Part shown: piece by piece, positions 44,003-53,709 of the stretch
Position numbering within the stretch: the stretch's first letter is position 1
Layout of the letters: each line of letters begins with the position of its first letter
Assembly: GCA_965223005.1 (NCBI GenBank)
Contig: CBDCVK010000002.1
Span: 81,431 to 145,430 of the forward strand
Source: Terriglobia bacterium
GTDB taxonomy: Bacteria; Acidobacteriota; Terriglobia; JAJPHL01; JAPKYU01
DNA length: 64,000 nt
Direction: 5' to 3'
Notes under the pieces: generated by a model
Database searches by the model: none
What the model was told of the DNA's origin: nothing
The model's input: the letters and a program-made list of their open reading frames with translations, nothing else
Position numbers and translations under genes: made by a program

Positions 44003-45175
44003 ATGCCAGGAACAATGAGTCGGCGCCAGGTATTGGGCGCGGGTATTGCAGCGGGGCTGGTGTTGGGGCTAAAGCGGCACGGTGTTGCGGTGCCGCGAGT
44101 CCAGGTCGATCCCAATAGCGTCATCAGCCTGCAGCCGGACCTGTACCACGGTTGGCCTACGATAACTCGTCGCCGCAACGGCGAGCTGCTGCTGGTCTAT
44201 TCCGGGGGGCGCGAGGCACACGTGTGTCCGTTCGGGCGGGTGGAGTTAATGCGGTCCAAGGACGAGGGGCATACCTGGAGTTGGCCATGCGTGCTGTGGG
44301 ACAGCGCCATCGACGATCGCGATGCAGGAGTACTGGAAACCGCCAAGGGCACGATCCTAGTGACGACTTTCACCTTCCTGGGGTATGAATCGATCTTGAG
44401 ACAAGCGGAGAAGATGGAACCCTCTCAGAAGGGTGCGTGGTCCAGAGAAAAACTCCGACGCTGGCGGGCAGCACTACGGCGCCTGGACGCGGCACAGCGC
44501 GAAGCCCTATTGGGTGGTTGGATGATCCGTTCAGTTGACGGCGGCGGCAGCTGGTCGGCGCCATATCGCTGCCCAGTCAACAGTCCTCACGGACCCATTC
44601 AGCTTTCCGACGGCCGCCAACTTTATGCCGGCAAGCAGATGGGCTACGGCACGGGGCGGATCGGCGTATGCGAGTCCACCAACGACGGGCAAACCTGGCG
44701 TTGGCTGGCAGAAATCCCTACCCGAGCCGGAGATAGCCGCAAGCACTATCACGAACTGCACGCTGTTGAAGCGGCCGAAGGTCGGCTGATCCTCCACATC
44801 CGCAACCAAAACCAAGCCAACGACAGGGAAACACTTCAAAGCGAATCGTCTGACGGAGGCAAGACCTGGTCAGTCCCACACCCCATCGGCGTATGGGGGC
44901 TGCCATCTCACTTGCTGCGGCTGAAGGATGGGCGGCTGCTGATGAGCTATGGCCACCGCCGCCCACCACTGGGCAATCAGACTCGTCTGAGCGAAGACCA
45001 TGGTCGCACCTGGTCGGAGCCAATGATCATTTCCGACGACGGCACGTCCACCGACCTGGGTTATCCATCTACCGTGCAGCTTGACGATGGCTCGTTACTC
45101 ACCGTGTGGTACGAGCTGATGGAAGGGTCGCCAAAAGCGCTGCTCCGGCAGGCACGATGGCGAATAGCAGGCTGA
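44003..45175 (+). CDS. BNR/Asp-box repeat protein, sialidase-like, Tat signal
   Basis: MPGTMSRRQVLGAGIAAGLVLG. Asp boxes: SKDEGHTWSW, SVDGGGSWSA, STNDGQTWRW, SSDGGKTWSV, SEDHGRTWSE. The track ORF starts at 43970. Confidence 0.8.
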   Translation: MPGTMSRRQVLGAGIAAGLVLGLKRHGVAVPRVQVDPNSVISLQPDLYHGWPTITRRRNGELLLVYSGGREAHVCPFGRVELMRSKDEGHTWSWPCVLWDSAIDDRDAGVLETAKGTILVTTFTFLGYESILRQAEKMEPSQKGAWSREKLRRWRAALRRLDAAQREALLGGWMIRSVDGGGSWSAPYRCPVNSPHGPIQLSDGRQLYAGKQMGYGTGRIGVCESTNDGQTWRWLAEIPTRAGDSRKHYHELHAVEAAEGRLILHIRNQNQANDRETLQSESSDGGKTWSVPHPIGVWGLPSHLLRLKDGRLLMSYGHRRPPLGNQTRLSEDHGRTWSEPMIISDDGTSTDLGYPSTVQLDDGSLLTVWYELMEGSPKALLRQARWRIAG

Positions 45176-45216
45176 CCCGCCAACTTTCCGTCTCAGCATG
45201 TATTCGTGAGCCTGAT

Positions 45217-45823
45217 TTATTTGAGCCGATCGGATCCATCGGTCAGCCACGCCAAGTTGAACCGGGCGAACGTTATCTTCCCGTAAGGGTGTTCCCGGCC
45301 ACGCTCGTACAAGCATCCGATGGTATTGTCGGGAAGCACGGTCAATCCCGAGTAAGCGGACTGCACTTCGTTGAGCAACTTGCCCACTGGCCAGGTCTTG
45401 CCTTCGTCGTAGCTCATGCGCACCGTCATTTTGACCCGGTCGTCCTTGCTGGCGGGATCGGAGAACAGCAAGCGGTCTTTGTCGTGCGTCTTTGCGTGAG
45501 TGTAGCGGGCGTGAGTGTAGCGAAGGAAGCTGGCCTGGCAGGTCGGCTCAATCAGCGTCTCATCGAACTGGAGGTCGGTCCATGTCTGGCCGCCGTCCCG
45601 GCTCCGGGCGGTGGCGCGCTTGCCTCCTTTTTCGGGCTGATTTCCATCGTGCTCCCAGTAGTTGCGCATGTTCACGAGCAGCGATCCGTCGGCTGCTCCA
45701 GGAGCGGCCCCTCGGCCAGAAGCGGCCTCTCGGGAGGTAGGGCCCCGGCTGCTAGCAAAACTACCGCTGCCAAGACGATGCACCAACGAATCGCTTTTCT
45801 CATCCTGCTCATGAGCTCACCTT
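45217..45823 (-). pseudogene. Sialidase pseudogene: signal peptide plus C-terminal about 150 aa, with an internal deletion and frameshift
   Basis: ATG at 45823 gives MSRMRKAIRWCIVLAAVVLLAAGALPPERPLLAEGPLLEQPTDRCS*. Another frame continues ADGSLLVNMRNYW..SRDGGQTWTDLQFDETLIEPTCQASFLRY..KMTVRMSYDEGKTWPV..YSGLTVLPDNTIGCLYE..ARFNLAWLTDG. That stretch aligns with residues from about 245 to the end of the sialidase at 38760..39953. Confidence 0.7.
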
Positions 45824-45940
45824 TCCGGTGCGCATACTTGATCAATTGAGAAACGGAGGTCTAGCGGTGGGCTTGTCTAGGGACCATGAAATCCAGAAAG
45901 GGCCTGACCCCAAGCGTCCGAGGTCTTGTGAAGCTGGCTT

Positions 45941-47407
45941 TTACGCCAGAACCGGTTTCACCACTTTGGCAGGCTCGACGCCGGTCAGCTTCGCCTCCAG
46001 CCCCTGGTGCCTGTAGGTGAACCGTTCGTGGTCAATGCCGAACAGGTGCAGGAGCGTCGCCTGGAAGTCGCGAACGTGGACGGGGTCCCTGACGATGTTG
46101 TAGGAGAAATCGTCCGTTTCGCCGTAGACGACTCCGCCCCTGATGCCGGCGCCTGCCATCCAGATGCTGAAGCAGCGCGGATGATGGTCGCGGCCGTAGT
46201 CGGTGAGCGTGAGCTTACCTTGGGAGTAGACCGTACGGCCGAACTCGCCGCCCCACACCACCAGCGTGTCGTCAAACAGGCCGCGCTCCTTCAGGTCCTG
46301 CACCAGCGCCCAGCAGGGCTGATCGACAGCCCTGCACTGGCCCGGCAGCACTTCAGGCACATTCCTGTGCACGTCCCAACCGCGATGGTAGATCTGCACG
46401 AAACGCACGCCGCGTTCAATCAGCCGCCGCGCCATCAGTAAGCTATAGGCGACCGTACCCGCCTCCCGCGCATCTTCTCCATAGCGCTTGTAGGTGCTCT
46501 CCGGCTCGCTGGCAAGGTCACTCATCTCCGGCACCGACGCTTGCATCCGGAAGGCCATCTCGAACTGCTCGATCCGCGCCAGCGTCTCCGGATCACCGAT
46601 CTTCTGGTGCTGGATTTGATTCAGCGCACTCAGACCATCCAGCATACGCCGCCGGATCTGCTGGGGAACTCCTTCGGGGTTCTTGACGTAGAGGACCGGG
46701 TCGGCGCCCGCGCGCAGAGCTACGCCCGCGTGCTCGGCCGAGAGGAAACCTGCGCTCCAAAGACGCGTCGAAATCGCCTGCACGGCCGCCTTGCGGTGGC
46801 CACGCTTCGCGTTCATCACCACGAACGTGGGCAAATCTCGGTTCATGCTGCCCAGACCGTAGGCGAGCCAGGAGCCGATGCAGGGAAGACCTGCGATCAT
46901 CCGGCCGGTTTGGATAAACGTGATGGCCGGCTCGTGGTTGATCGCCTCGGTATGCATGGAACGAACGATCGCCATGTCATCGGCCATCTTAGCGATGTTC
47001 GGAAGAAGGTCCGAGATCCATGCACCGCTCTGGCCGTGCTGGTGAAATTCCCAGACCGGAGGGGCAATCGGGAAGCGTACTTGGCCGGAGGTCATGGTCG
47101 TCAGGCGCTGCCCCTTTCGAATCGAATCGGGCAGTTCCTTGCCGTACAAGTTCTTCAGGTTGGGCTTGTAGTCGAACAGGTCCATCTGCGGCGGCGCGCC
47201 CATGGTATGGAGATAGATCACCCGCTTGGCTTTGGGCGCGAAATGCGGCAAGTGAGGCAGTCCTCCGTAGGCCTCCGCCCCTTTCGAATCGCCTTTCGCC
47301 TCCTCGGCAACGAGGCTGGCCAACGCGAGCGCACCAAGCCACTGGCCGCCACGAGCGAAGAACTGCCGCCGGGTTTCGGTCAGAATGGCTTCTTTTGATG
47401 GATGCAT
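45941..47407 (-). CDS. DUF1501 protein (Tat signal), distal copy of the tandem pair
   Basis: 488 aa. Features: TRRQFFARGGQWLGALALASL, HRGWDVH, GGEFGRTVYSQG..GRDHHPRCFS. Confidence 0.9.
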   Translation of the reverse strand: MHPSKEAILTETRRQFFARGGQWLGALALASLVAEEAKGDSKGAEAYGGLPHLPHFAPKAKRVIYLHTMGAPPQMDLFDYKPNLKNLYGKELPDSIRKGQRLTTMTSGQVRFPIAPPVWEFHQHGQSGAWISDLLPNIAKMADDMAIVRSMHTEAINHEPAITFIQTGRMIAGLPCIGSWLAYGLGSMNRDLPTFVVMNAKRGHRKAAVQAISTRLWSAGFLSAEHAGVALRAGADPVLYVKNPEGVPQQIRRRMLDGLSALNQIQHQKIGDPETLARIEQFEMAFRMQASVPEMSDLASEPESTYKRYGEDAREAGTVAYSLLMARRLIERGVRFVQIYHRGWDVHRNVPEVLPGQCRAVDQPCWALVQDLKERGLFDDTLVVWGGEFGRTVYSQGKLTLTDYGRDHHPRCFSIWMAGAGIRGGVVYGETDDFSYNIVRDPVHVRDFQATLLHLFGIDHERFTYRHQGLEAKLTGVEPAKVVKPVLA

Positions 47408-47518
47408 CTTGGATGCTCCCCTCCGCCTGCAACGCTACTTGTTCAAAACCCCGTCCACGGACCACGAAATCCGGAAAGGATCTGACCCTAAGCGTCCGAG
47501 CAAATGTGAAGATGGTTC

Positions 47519-48985
47519 CTACGCCAGAATCGGTTTCACGACTTTGGCGGGCTCGACGCCGGTTAGCTTCGCCTCCAGCCCCTGGTGCCTGTAGGTGAAC
47601 CGTTCGTGGTCAATGCCGAACAGGTGCAGGAGCGTCGCCTGAAAGTCGCGAACGTGGACCGGGTCCCTAACGACGTTATAGGAGAAATCGTCCGTTTCGC
47701 CGTAGACGACTCCACCCTTGATACCGGCGCCAGCCATCCAGATGCTGAAGCAGCGCGGATGATGGTCGCGGCCGTAGTCGGTGGGCGTGAGCTTACCCTG
47801 GGAGTAGACCGTACGGCCGAACTCGCCGCCCCACACCACCAGCGTGTCGTCAAACAGGCCGCGTTCCTTCAGGTCCTGCACCAGCGCCCAGCAGGCCTGG
47901 TCCACATCCTGGCACTGGCGCGGCAGCACCTGGGGCGCAAGCTTGTGCACGTCCCAACCGCGATGGTAGATCTGCACGAAACGCACGCCGCGTTCAATCA
48001 GCCGCCGCGCCATCAGTAAGCTATAGGCGACCGTACCCGCCTCCCGCGCGTCTTCTCCATAGCGCTTGTAGGTACTCTCCGGCTCGCTGGCGAGATCACT
48101 CATCTCCGGCACCGACGCTTGCATCCGGAAGGCCATCTCGAATTGCTCGATCCGCGCCAGCGTCTCCGGATCACCGATCTTCTGGTGCTGGATTTGATTC
48201 AGCGCACTCAGACCATCCAGCATACGCCGCCGGATCTGCTGGGGAACTCCATCGGGATTCTTGACGTAGAGGACCGGGTCGGCGCCCGCGCGCAGAGCTA
48301 CGCCTGCGTGCTCGGCCGAGAGGAAACCTGCGCTCCAAAGACGCGTCGAGATCGCCTGCACGTTCGCCCTCGGGTGACTATGTTTCGCGTTCATTACCAC
48401 GAACGTGGGCAAATCCCGGTTCATGCTGCCCAGACCGTAGGCGAGCCAGGAGCCGATGCAGGGAAGACCCGCGATCATCCGGCCGGTTTGGATAAACGTG
48501 ATGGCCGGCTCGTGGTTGATCGCCTCGGTGTGCATGGAACGAACGATCGCCATGTCATCGGCCATCTTTCCGATGTTCGGCAGAAGGTCGGAGATCCATG
48601 CGCCGCTCTGGCCGTGCTGGTGAAATTCCCAGACCGGAGGGGCAATCGGGAAGCGCGCCTGGCCGGCGGTCATGGTTGTCAGGCGCTGGCCCTGCCGAAT
48701 CGAATCGGGCAGCTCCTTGCCGTACAAGCCCTTCAGCTTGGGCTTGTAGTCGAACAGGTCCATCTGCGGCGGCGCACCCATGGTATGGAGATAGATCACC
48801 CGCTTGGCTTTGGGCGCGAAATGCGGCAAGTGGGGCAATCCTCCGTAGGCCTCCGCCCCTTTCGGACTGCCTTTCGCCTCCTCGGCAACGAGGCTGGCCA
48901 GCGCGAGCGCACCAAGCCACTGGCCGCCGCGAGCGAAGAACTGCCGCCGGGTTTCGGTCAGAATGGCTTCTTTCGATGGATGCAT
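47519..48985 (-). CDS. DUF1501 protein (Tat signal), proximal copy of the tandem pair
   Basis: 488 aa, with about 25 substitutions relative to 45941..47407 by eye. Confidence 0.9.
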   Translation of the reverse strand: MHPSKEAILTETRRQFFARGGQWLGALALASLVAEEAKGSPKGAEAYGGLPHLPHFAPKAKRVIYLHTMGAPPQMDLFDYKPKLKGLYGKELPDSIRQGQRLTTMTAGQARFPIAPPVWEFHQHGQSGAWISDLLPNIGKMADDMAIVRSMHTEAINHEPAITFIQTGRMIAGLPCIGSWLAYGLGSMNRDLPTFVVMNAKHSHPRANVQAISTRLWSAGFLSAEHAGVALRAGADPVLYVKNPDGVPQQIRRRMLDGLSALNQIQHQKIGDPETLARIEQFEMAFRMQASVPEMSDLASEPESTYKRYGEDAREAGTVAYSLLMARRLIERGVRFVQIYHRGWDVHKLAPQVLPRQCQDVDQACWALVQDLKERGLFDDTLVVWGGEFGRTVYSQGKLTPTDYGRDHHPRCFSIWMAGAGIKGGVVYGETDDFSYNVVRDPVHVRDFQATLLHLFGIDHERFTYRHQGLEAKLTGVEPAKVVKPILA

Positions 48986-49012
48986 CTTGGATGTTCCCCT
49001 CCGCCTGCCGCC

Positions 49013-52000
49013 TTACTTGTTCAAAACCTCGTCCAGATTCATGATCTGGTTGGCCAGCATGGTCAAAGCCGCAGACTCCACCTGGGGCAGTGCCTGGTCC
49101 GGCTCGGATTCCCCGGTGGCCAGCAGCTTCCCAGCGTCCCCGCGATTCTCTCGGTAGTAGCCCAGGAAATCCTCATACGCACGCCGCGCCACCACCCGCT
49201 CATCTTCTTCGAGCCTGCGGGCCAGCAGGCGCAGCGTCATATAGTCGAGCTGGCTGTCAAAGTCGTCGCCAGCCTCCTCGAGCGTCTTCTGGGCCAGATA
49301 GCGTGAAGCCTCGACAAACTGCGTATCGTTCATCGTCAAAAGCGCCTGTAGAGGCGTGTTCGTTCGCTCCCGCCGCACCGTGCAGTTCTCCCGTGTGGGA
49401 GCGTTAAAAGTCACCATAGATGCCGGTGGAGCGGACCTTTTCCAGAAGGTATAGAGGCTGCGGCGGTAGAGCTTGTCGCCATGATCCTGCTTGTAATTGT
49501 ACGTGTTGCTCTGCGGCATCGCCACCGTTTCCCAAACACCCTCAGGCTGATAAGGTTTCACACTCGGCCCACCGATCGCAGGGACCAGCAGACCGCTGGC
49601 CGCCAGCGCATAATCGCGCACTATCTCGGCGTCCATGCGGAACCGTGGCCCTCGGGAGAGAAGCCGGTTCTCTAGGTCTTTTGCCAGCTTCCCTTCAGTG
49701 GTGGCCGCCGACTGTCGGTAGGTGGCCGAAGTCACGATCAAGCGGAAGAAGTCCTTGACGTTCCAGCCCGAGTCTCGGAACTCGGTCGCCAGCCAGTCGA
49801 GCAACTCGGGATGAGACGGCCGCTCACCTTGAGAGCCGAAATCGTCAGAGGTTTTCACGATGCCCGTACCGAAGACCTCCTGCCAGAAGCGATTGACGAC
49901 AACGCGCGGGGTCAACGGATTCGAGTCGTCCACAAGCCACTTCGCCAGGCCAAGCCGATTGCGGGGCAGGGAAGCCGGCATCGGCGGCAAAGCCGCTGGG
50001 GTGGTCGGCTCGACGCGGTCCTGAGGCCGGTCGTACATGCCGCGATAGAGGACGTGGGCAAACGGCGCGGCGTCGCTGCGCTCATGCATCACGTGCGTGA
50101 TGCCGCCGCGGCGCCGCACTTCCCGCTGCTCGAGCTTGAGTTCGTTCAACCGTGCCGCAAGCTGGTGGGAATCCTCATCTTTACGCCTGAGGTTAAGATG
50201 ATAGAGACGCAGGGCCGCCCGCTCGTCTTGAGTCAGCTCGCTGACTTTCTTCTTCCTCGCCCGTTGCAATGCAGGCCAAAGCGAGACCAGCCGGGCTTGC
50301 TCGACTGTGATCGCGCGGTTGAAGATCCGAAAGTCCGAAAGGGCCCCGTCGTCGAAATACCAGGTGTCCGCGTCATTCTCCTGGCTGACGTGCTTCCCCA
50401 ACAGGATCGGCTGGCTGGTGCGGATGTTGCCCTTGAGCTTCCCAAAGTACTCGCTACCCCGCGTGAGGATGCGCCTCCCATTCAGGTAGTAGTTCAGCCC
50501 GGCGGTCTCCCCACTGCCGTCATAGCTCACCGCCACGTGGTTCCAGGTCCCGCCCTTCATCTGCTGTAAATGGTCCGGTCCGAGCCTGATGGACTCGCCG
50601 TCATCGCTCACCATCTTGAACACAGCTATGTGTCTACTGATGTTGAGGGACCAACCACGCCACTTATCCTCGGGGTCCGCTTGGCTGGCTACATTGAATC
50701 CCCCGTCTTCTTTGGGGTGATAGACCCAGACAGTGAGAGAGAAGGGCCGGTCCGAGTCGAGGTGTTCGATGTTGGGCAACTCACTCCAGGTCTCCCCGGC
50801 GAATCGCAGCGCTCTGAGGTCTTCGTCCGGCCCAGCGCCCACGCTGATGCCTTCCGGCAGGTCGATCTCGACCTTGCGGTCTGGTAAGTTCACGGCGACG
50901 CCGTCGCCGAGCGAAAGTGTCAAGACCTCGGAGGACTTCTCCAGAGGCGCCTCTATAGAGCGATACTCCCCGCTCGCGAGCCACGCTTCGAACTTGTCGT
51001 CCGCCGAGGAGTCCAACGCTTGCATGCGGCTCGCGACTTGCGCCACTTCGCGCTTTAGCTCCTCCCAACGGCGCGTCTCTTCCGGGCGCGGAACCACGAC
51101 GATCGGCGGCGGGTGGGAGACGTTGCCATCCAATGCGTACTGTGTGGTGTTCCGGAAGAAGGCCGTCATCGAATAGAAGTCCTTCGTGGAGATCGGATCA
51201 AACTTGTGGTCGTGGCAGGTGGCGCAGGCGACGGTCAAACCCAGCCACACGGTGCCGGTCGTATCCGCGCGATCTTTGGCATAAATGGCTTCCACTTCCT
51301 TGAGGATCACCCCCCCTTCGTCGGTGGTGACATTGCAGCGATGGAAGCCGGTGGCGACGCGCTGTTCCAGCGTGGGATTCTGCAGAAGATCCCCCGCGAG
51401 CTGCTCGATCGTGAAGCGGTCGAACGGCAAGTTCCGGTTGAAGGCGTTGATCACCCAATCGCGGTAGGGCCACATTTCACGGTAGTTGTCGATGTGCAGC
51501 CCGTGAGTATCGGCGTAGCGGGCCGCTTCGAGCCAGTAGCGCCCACGGTGCTCCCCCCAATGGGAGGAATCGAGCAGTTCCTGGACCAGCCTCTCGTACG
51601 CGTCCTCGGCGCTATCATTCACAAAGGCTTCGATTTGTTCTGGGCTCGGGGGAAGACCCGTGAGGTCGAGTGAGAGGCGGCGAATCAACGTGCGGCGGTC
51701 TGCCTCGGGAGCCGGCTCAAGGCCCTCAGCCTCCAGCCGGGCCAGGATGAGCCGGTCAATCCCGTTGCGGACCCACGGCTCGTTCTTGACAACCGCTGGG
51801 TCAGGCCGCTTTAGCGTCCGAAACGACCAGTGCTGATCCCAAGAAGCGCCCTGTTCAATCCAGCGCTTCAGGATATCGATCTGCTCGGCGGTCAGCTCCT
51901 TTTTTGAGAAGACCGGAGGCATGCGCTTGGCGGGGTCCTTGGCCGTAATGCGCTGGTAGAGGAGACTCGCCTGCAGGTCTCCGGCAACCACCGGCGCGCT

Positions 52001-52231
52001 GTCATCGTGTGGGGCAAAAGCACCCTCCCGGGTGTCTAGCCGCACGTCCGCCATACGCGTCTTGCTGTCCGGGCCATGGCACTGAAAGCAGTTGTCTGAG
52101 AGAATCGGACGCACGTCTCGCTGGAAGTCGACCGATTCCGCAGACTTTGGCGTGGCCGGCGAGGCCGCAAAAAGGGTCGACAGCAGCAGCGAAGCGACCA
52201 AAGCGTAACTCGTCACTCGAAACCAACGCAT
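49013..52231 (-). CDS. PSCyt1 (CxxCH) / DUF1549 / LamG-like insert / DUF1553 protein
   Basis: 1072 aa with a signal peptide. Features: FQRDVRPILSDNCFQCHGPD, RRLSLDLTGLPPSPEQIEAF, CATCHDHKFDPISTKDFY. The central region (GTWNHVAVSYDG..LNYYLNGRRI..DDGALSDFRIFNRA) is LamG/concanavalin-like. Also NRFWQEVFGTGIVKTSDDFG. Confidence 0.88.
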   Translation of the reverse strand: MRWFRVTSYALVASLLLSTLFAASPATPKSAESVDFQRDVRPILSDNCFQCHGPDSKTRMADVRLDTREGAFAPHDDSAPVVAGDLQASLLYQRITAKDPAKRMPPVFSKKELTAEQIDILKRWIEQGASWDQHWSFRTLKRPDPAVVKNEPWVRNGIDRLILARLEAEGLEPAPEADRRTLIRRLSLDLTGLPPSPEQIEAFVNDSAEDAYERLVQELLDSSHWGEHRGRYWLEAARYADTHGLHIDNYREMWPYRDWVINAFNRNLPFDRFTIEQLAGDLLQNPTLEQRVATGFHRCNVTTDEGGVILKEVEAIYAKDRADTTGTVWLGLTVACATCHDHKFDPISTKDFYSMTAFFRNTTQYALDGNVSHPPPIVVVPRPEETRRWEELKREVAQVASRMQALDSSADDKFEAWLASGEYRSIEAPLEKSSEVLTLSLGDGVAVNLPDRKVEIDLPEGISVGAGPDEDLRALRFAGETWSELPNIEHLDSDRPFSLTVWVYHPKEDGGFNVASQADPEDKWRGWSLNISRHIAVFKMVSDDGESIRLGPDHLQQMKGGTWNHVAVSYDGSGETAGLNYYLNGRRILTRGSEYFGKLKGNIRTSQPILLGKHVSQENDADTWYFDDGALSDFRIFNRAITVEQARLVSLWPALQRARKKKVSELTQDERAALRLYHLNLRRKDEDSHQLAARLNELKLEQREVRRRGGITHVMHERSDAAPFAHVLYRGMYDRPQDRVEPTTPAALPPMPASLPRNRLGLAKWLVDDSNPLTPRVVVNRFWQEVFGTGIVKTSDDFGSQGERPSHPELLDWLATEFRDSGWNVKDFFRLIVTSATYRQSAATTEGKLAKDLENRLLSRGPRFRMDAEIVRDYALAASGLLVPAIGGPSVKPYQPEGVWETVAMPQSNTYNYKQDHGDKLYRRSLYTFWKRSAPPASMVTFNAPTRENCTVRRERTNTPLQALLTMNDTQFVEASRYLAQKTLEEAGDDFDSQLDYMTLRLLARRLEEDERVVARRAYEDFLGYYRENRGDAGKLLATGESEPDQALPQVESAALTMLANQIMNLDEVLNK

Positions 52232-52339
52232 CAGCTTGTCCTCAGTAGACTAATTGTGGGGAAGAAGGTCTTCACAAACACCGGTTGGGCTGATGTATCC
52301 ACTCCAGCCTCCACGCCACAGTCTAGATGTGCCCCTAAG

Positions 52340-52425
52340 TACTGTCAAGCGCTCCGGGAGCCTGGTAGTGGGTCAGTTGCCGAGCAGGGCGTTTATACAG
52401 ACAAGTGGACTAGTTCCGAGTGGGC
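52340..52425 (+). repeat. Mosaic intergenic repeat, copy A (right-arm motif plus GCGTTTATAC box)
   Basis: GGTAGTGGGTCAGTTGCCGAGCAGGGCGTTTATACAGACAAGTGGACTAG aligns with copies C and D. Confidence 0.6.
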
Positions 52426-52755
52426 CGTCAACCATCGAAACTGGCGATGCGGCCGGTATGGCCTTCGAGACATGGCGGGACTGATTCTCCAAACCGGAGG
52501 CTAATCCTGCAAGTCTTAGCAACTCAACTTCGGCGGTGATCCTCCAGGAGGCTAACGGCGCAAATCAGCCGCCGCCGAGCGAGCTGTGGCGAGCGAGGTA
52601 CCAAACCGCGGCGCGGTTTGGCGGTCGGAGTGCATTTGCTTGTTAGGCACGCCATATTGGGCGTCGCAATTGTGTGTGCGTTCCGGCATTGGCGGGTACT
52701 GACATATTCAAGAGAACATGATCTTCAGCTCAGGTTCACCCTTTGGCTCTCCCTA

Positions 52756-53709
52756 TCATGACGCCCTGAGCAAGTAGCATACAGAACAGGGATAGACTTC
52801 CCCGGGAGCTGTAGCTTCCGCAAGAACTTCATACCGGCTTCTACCCAACCAACCATCGAATGTCGACTTTCGAACAAGAGAAATGTGGCTATCCCAATCG
52901 TCAGATCCAAAAGGATAGACAATCGCAACAAGACCACCGGGACGCACTACACGGGCCATCTCCAGTAGGGCGAGTCTAGGTTCCAAAATATGTTCCAGGA
53001 CGTCGAAACTTAGAATAATATCGAACCAGTTCTCGGGAAAGTCCAGGCTCCTGGAATCCATAATCGCATATCTTTCGCCTTCCTTACTCGTTTCATTGCA
53101 CCAATGCACCATTGGTTCGGAGATGTCTATTCCGATTCGCTCTTGAGCGTCGGTAAATAGACGCAGAGTACCTCCCATGCCGCTGCCTACATCTAGTATT
53201 CGAGACTTTGAAAGCCCGAGCCCCATAGAGTTCGCAAGAGCTTGGATCTGGCGGACAAAGAAGATACGTCTTGCCGCTACGTTCTCGACCCACAGGTGCG
53301 ACAGGTAGATTGAACTCGAGTAGTACTGTTCCGACCCAAGTTGCTCCAGGAGAATCTCCTTCTTGGACATGCACAGCCAATCATTAAGAAATACGTCTGC
53401 AGGCTGATAATGCAACTGTGTGCATAGTCGCGCCAACTGAAATCCGGCCATAGAAACATAGGAGTCTAGATACTCCGAATATAAGAAAAGATTCGTAAGA
53501 AACCATTCAAAGGATCTTGTCGCTGAGCGGAGTGCCGCAACATCTACGGTCAAGTTATGTCGGACCAATTCCTTCTCGAAACGACCGGTCATGAGAAATA
53601 TCAGCCTCCCATTGCGTTCCTCCCCAGATATGAAGGATTTCGCCAAATCAGAGGCGTCTAAGGCCCTCAATACGGAAAACGTCTTCCAGTAGTCCGCCCG
53701 TATCCCCAT
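52756..53709 (-). CDS. Class I SAM-dependent methyltransferase with an uncharacterised N-terminal about 150 aa. Visibly lower GC than its surroundings.
   Basis: 317 aa. Motif I RILDVGSGMGGTL. Also FDIILSFDVLEHI and LEMARVVRPGGLVAI. Confidence 0.8.
   Translation of the reverse strand: MGIRADYWKTFSVLRALDASDLAKSFISGEERNGRLIFLMTGRFEKELVRHNLTVDVAALRSATRSFEWFLTNLFLYSEYLDSYVSMAGFQLARLCTQLHYQPADVFLNDWLCMSKKEILLEQLGSEQYYSSSIYLSHLWVENVAARRIFFVRQIQALANSMGLGLSKSRILDVGSGMGGTLRLFTDAQERIGIDISEPMVHWCNETSKEGERYAIMDSRSLDFPENWFDIILSFDVLEHILEPRLALLEMARVVRPGGLVAIVYPFGSDDWDSHISLVRKSTFDGWLGRSRYEVLAEATAPGEVYPCSVCYLLRAS

Larger units (their letters stand above)
45881..49036 (-). repeat. Head-to-tail tandem duplication, 2 x 1578 bp, each unit carrying one DUF1501 gene
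   Basis: Unit 1 is 45881-47458 and unit 2 is 47459-49036. The offset is exactly 1578 bp for both gene starts and stops. Each unit ends with the last 24 bp of the upstream PSCyt gene (47435-47458 is a relic of 49013-49036). Confidence 0.9.

Noticed and set aside
46541-49306. Plus-strand ORFs 46541-47398 and 48119-49306 opposite the DUF1501 genes. Analogous antisense ORFs are at 15550-16527, 17834-18757, 27868-28776, 33658-34497, 42190-43197, 55398-56195, 59165-59995, 61782-62282 and 62283-62993.
   Set aside because: Each overlaps a gene with clear family motifs on the other strand, and each has the biased R/G/P/H composition typical of high-GC shadow frames.
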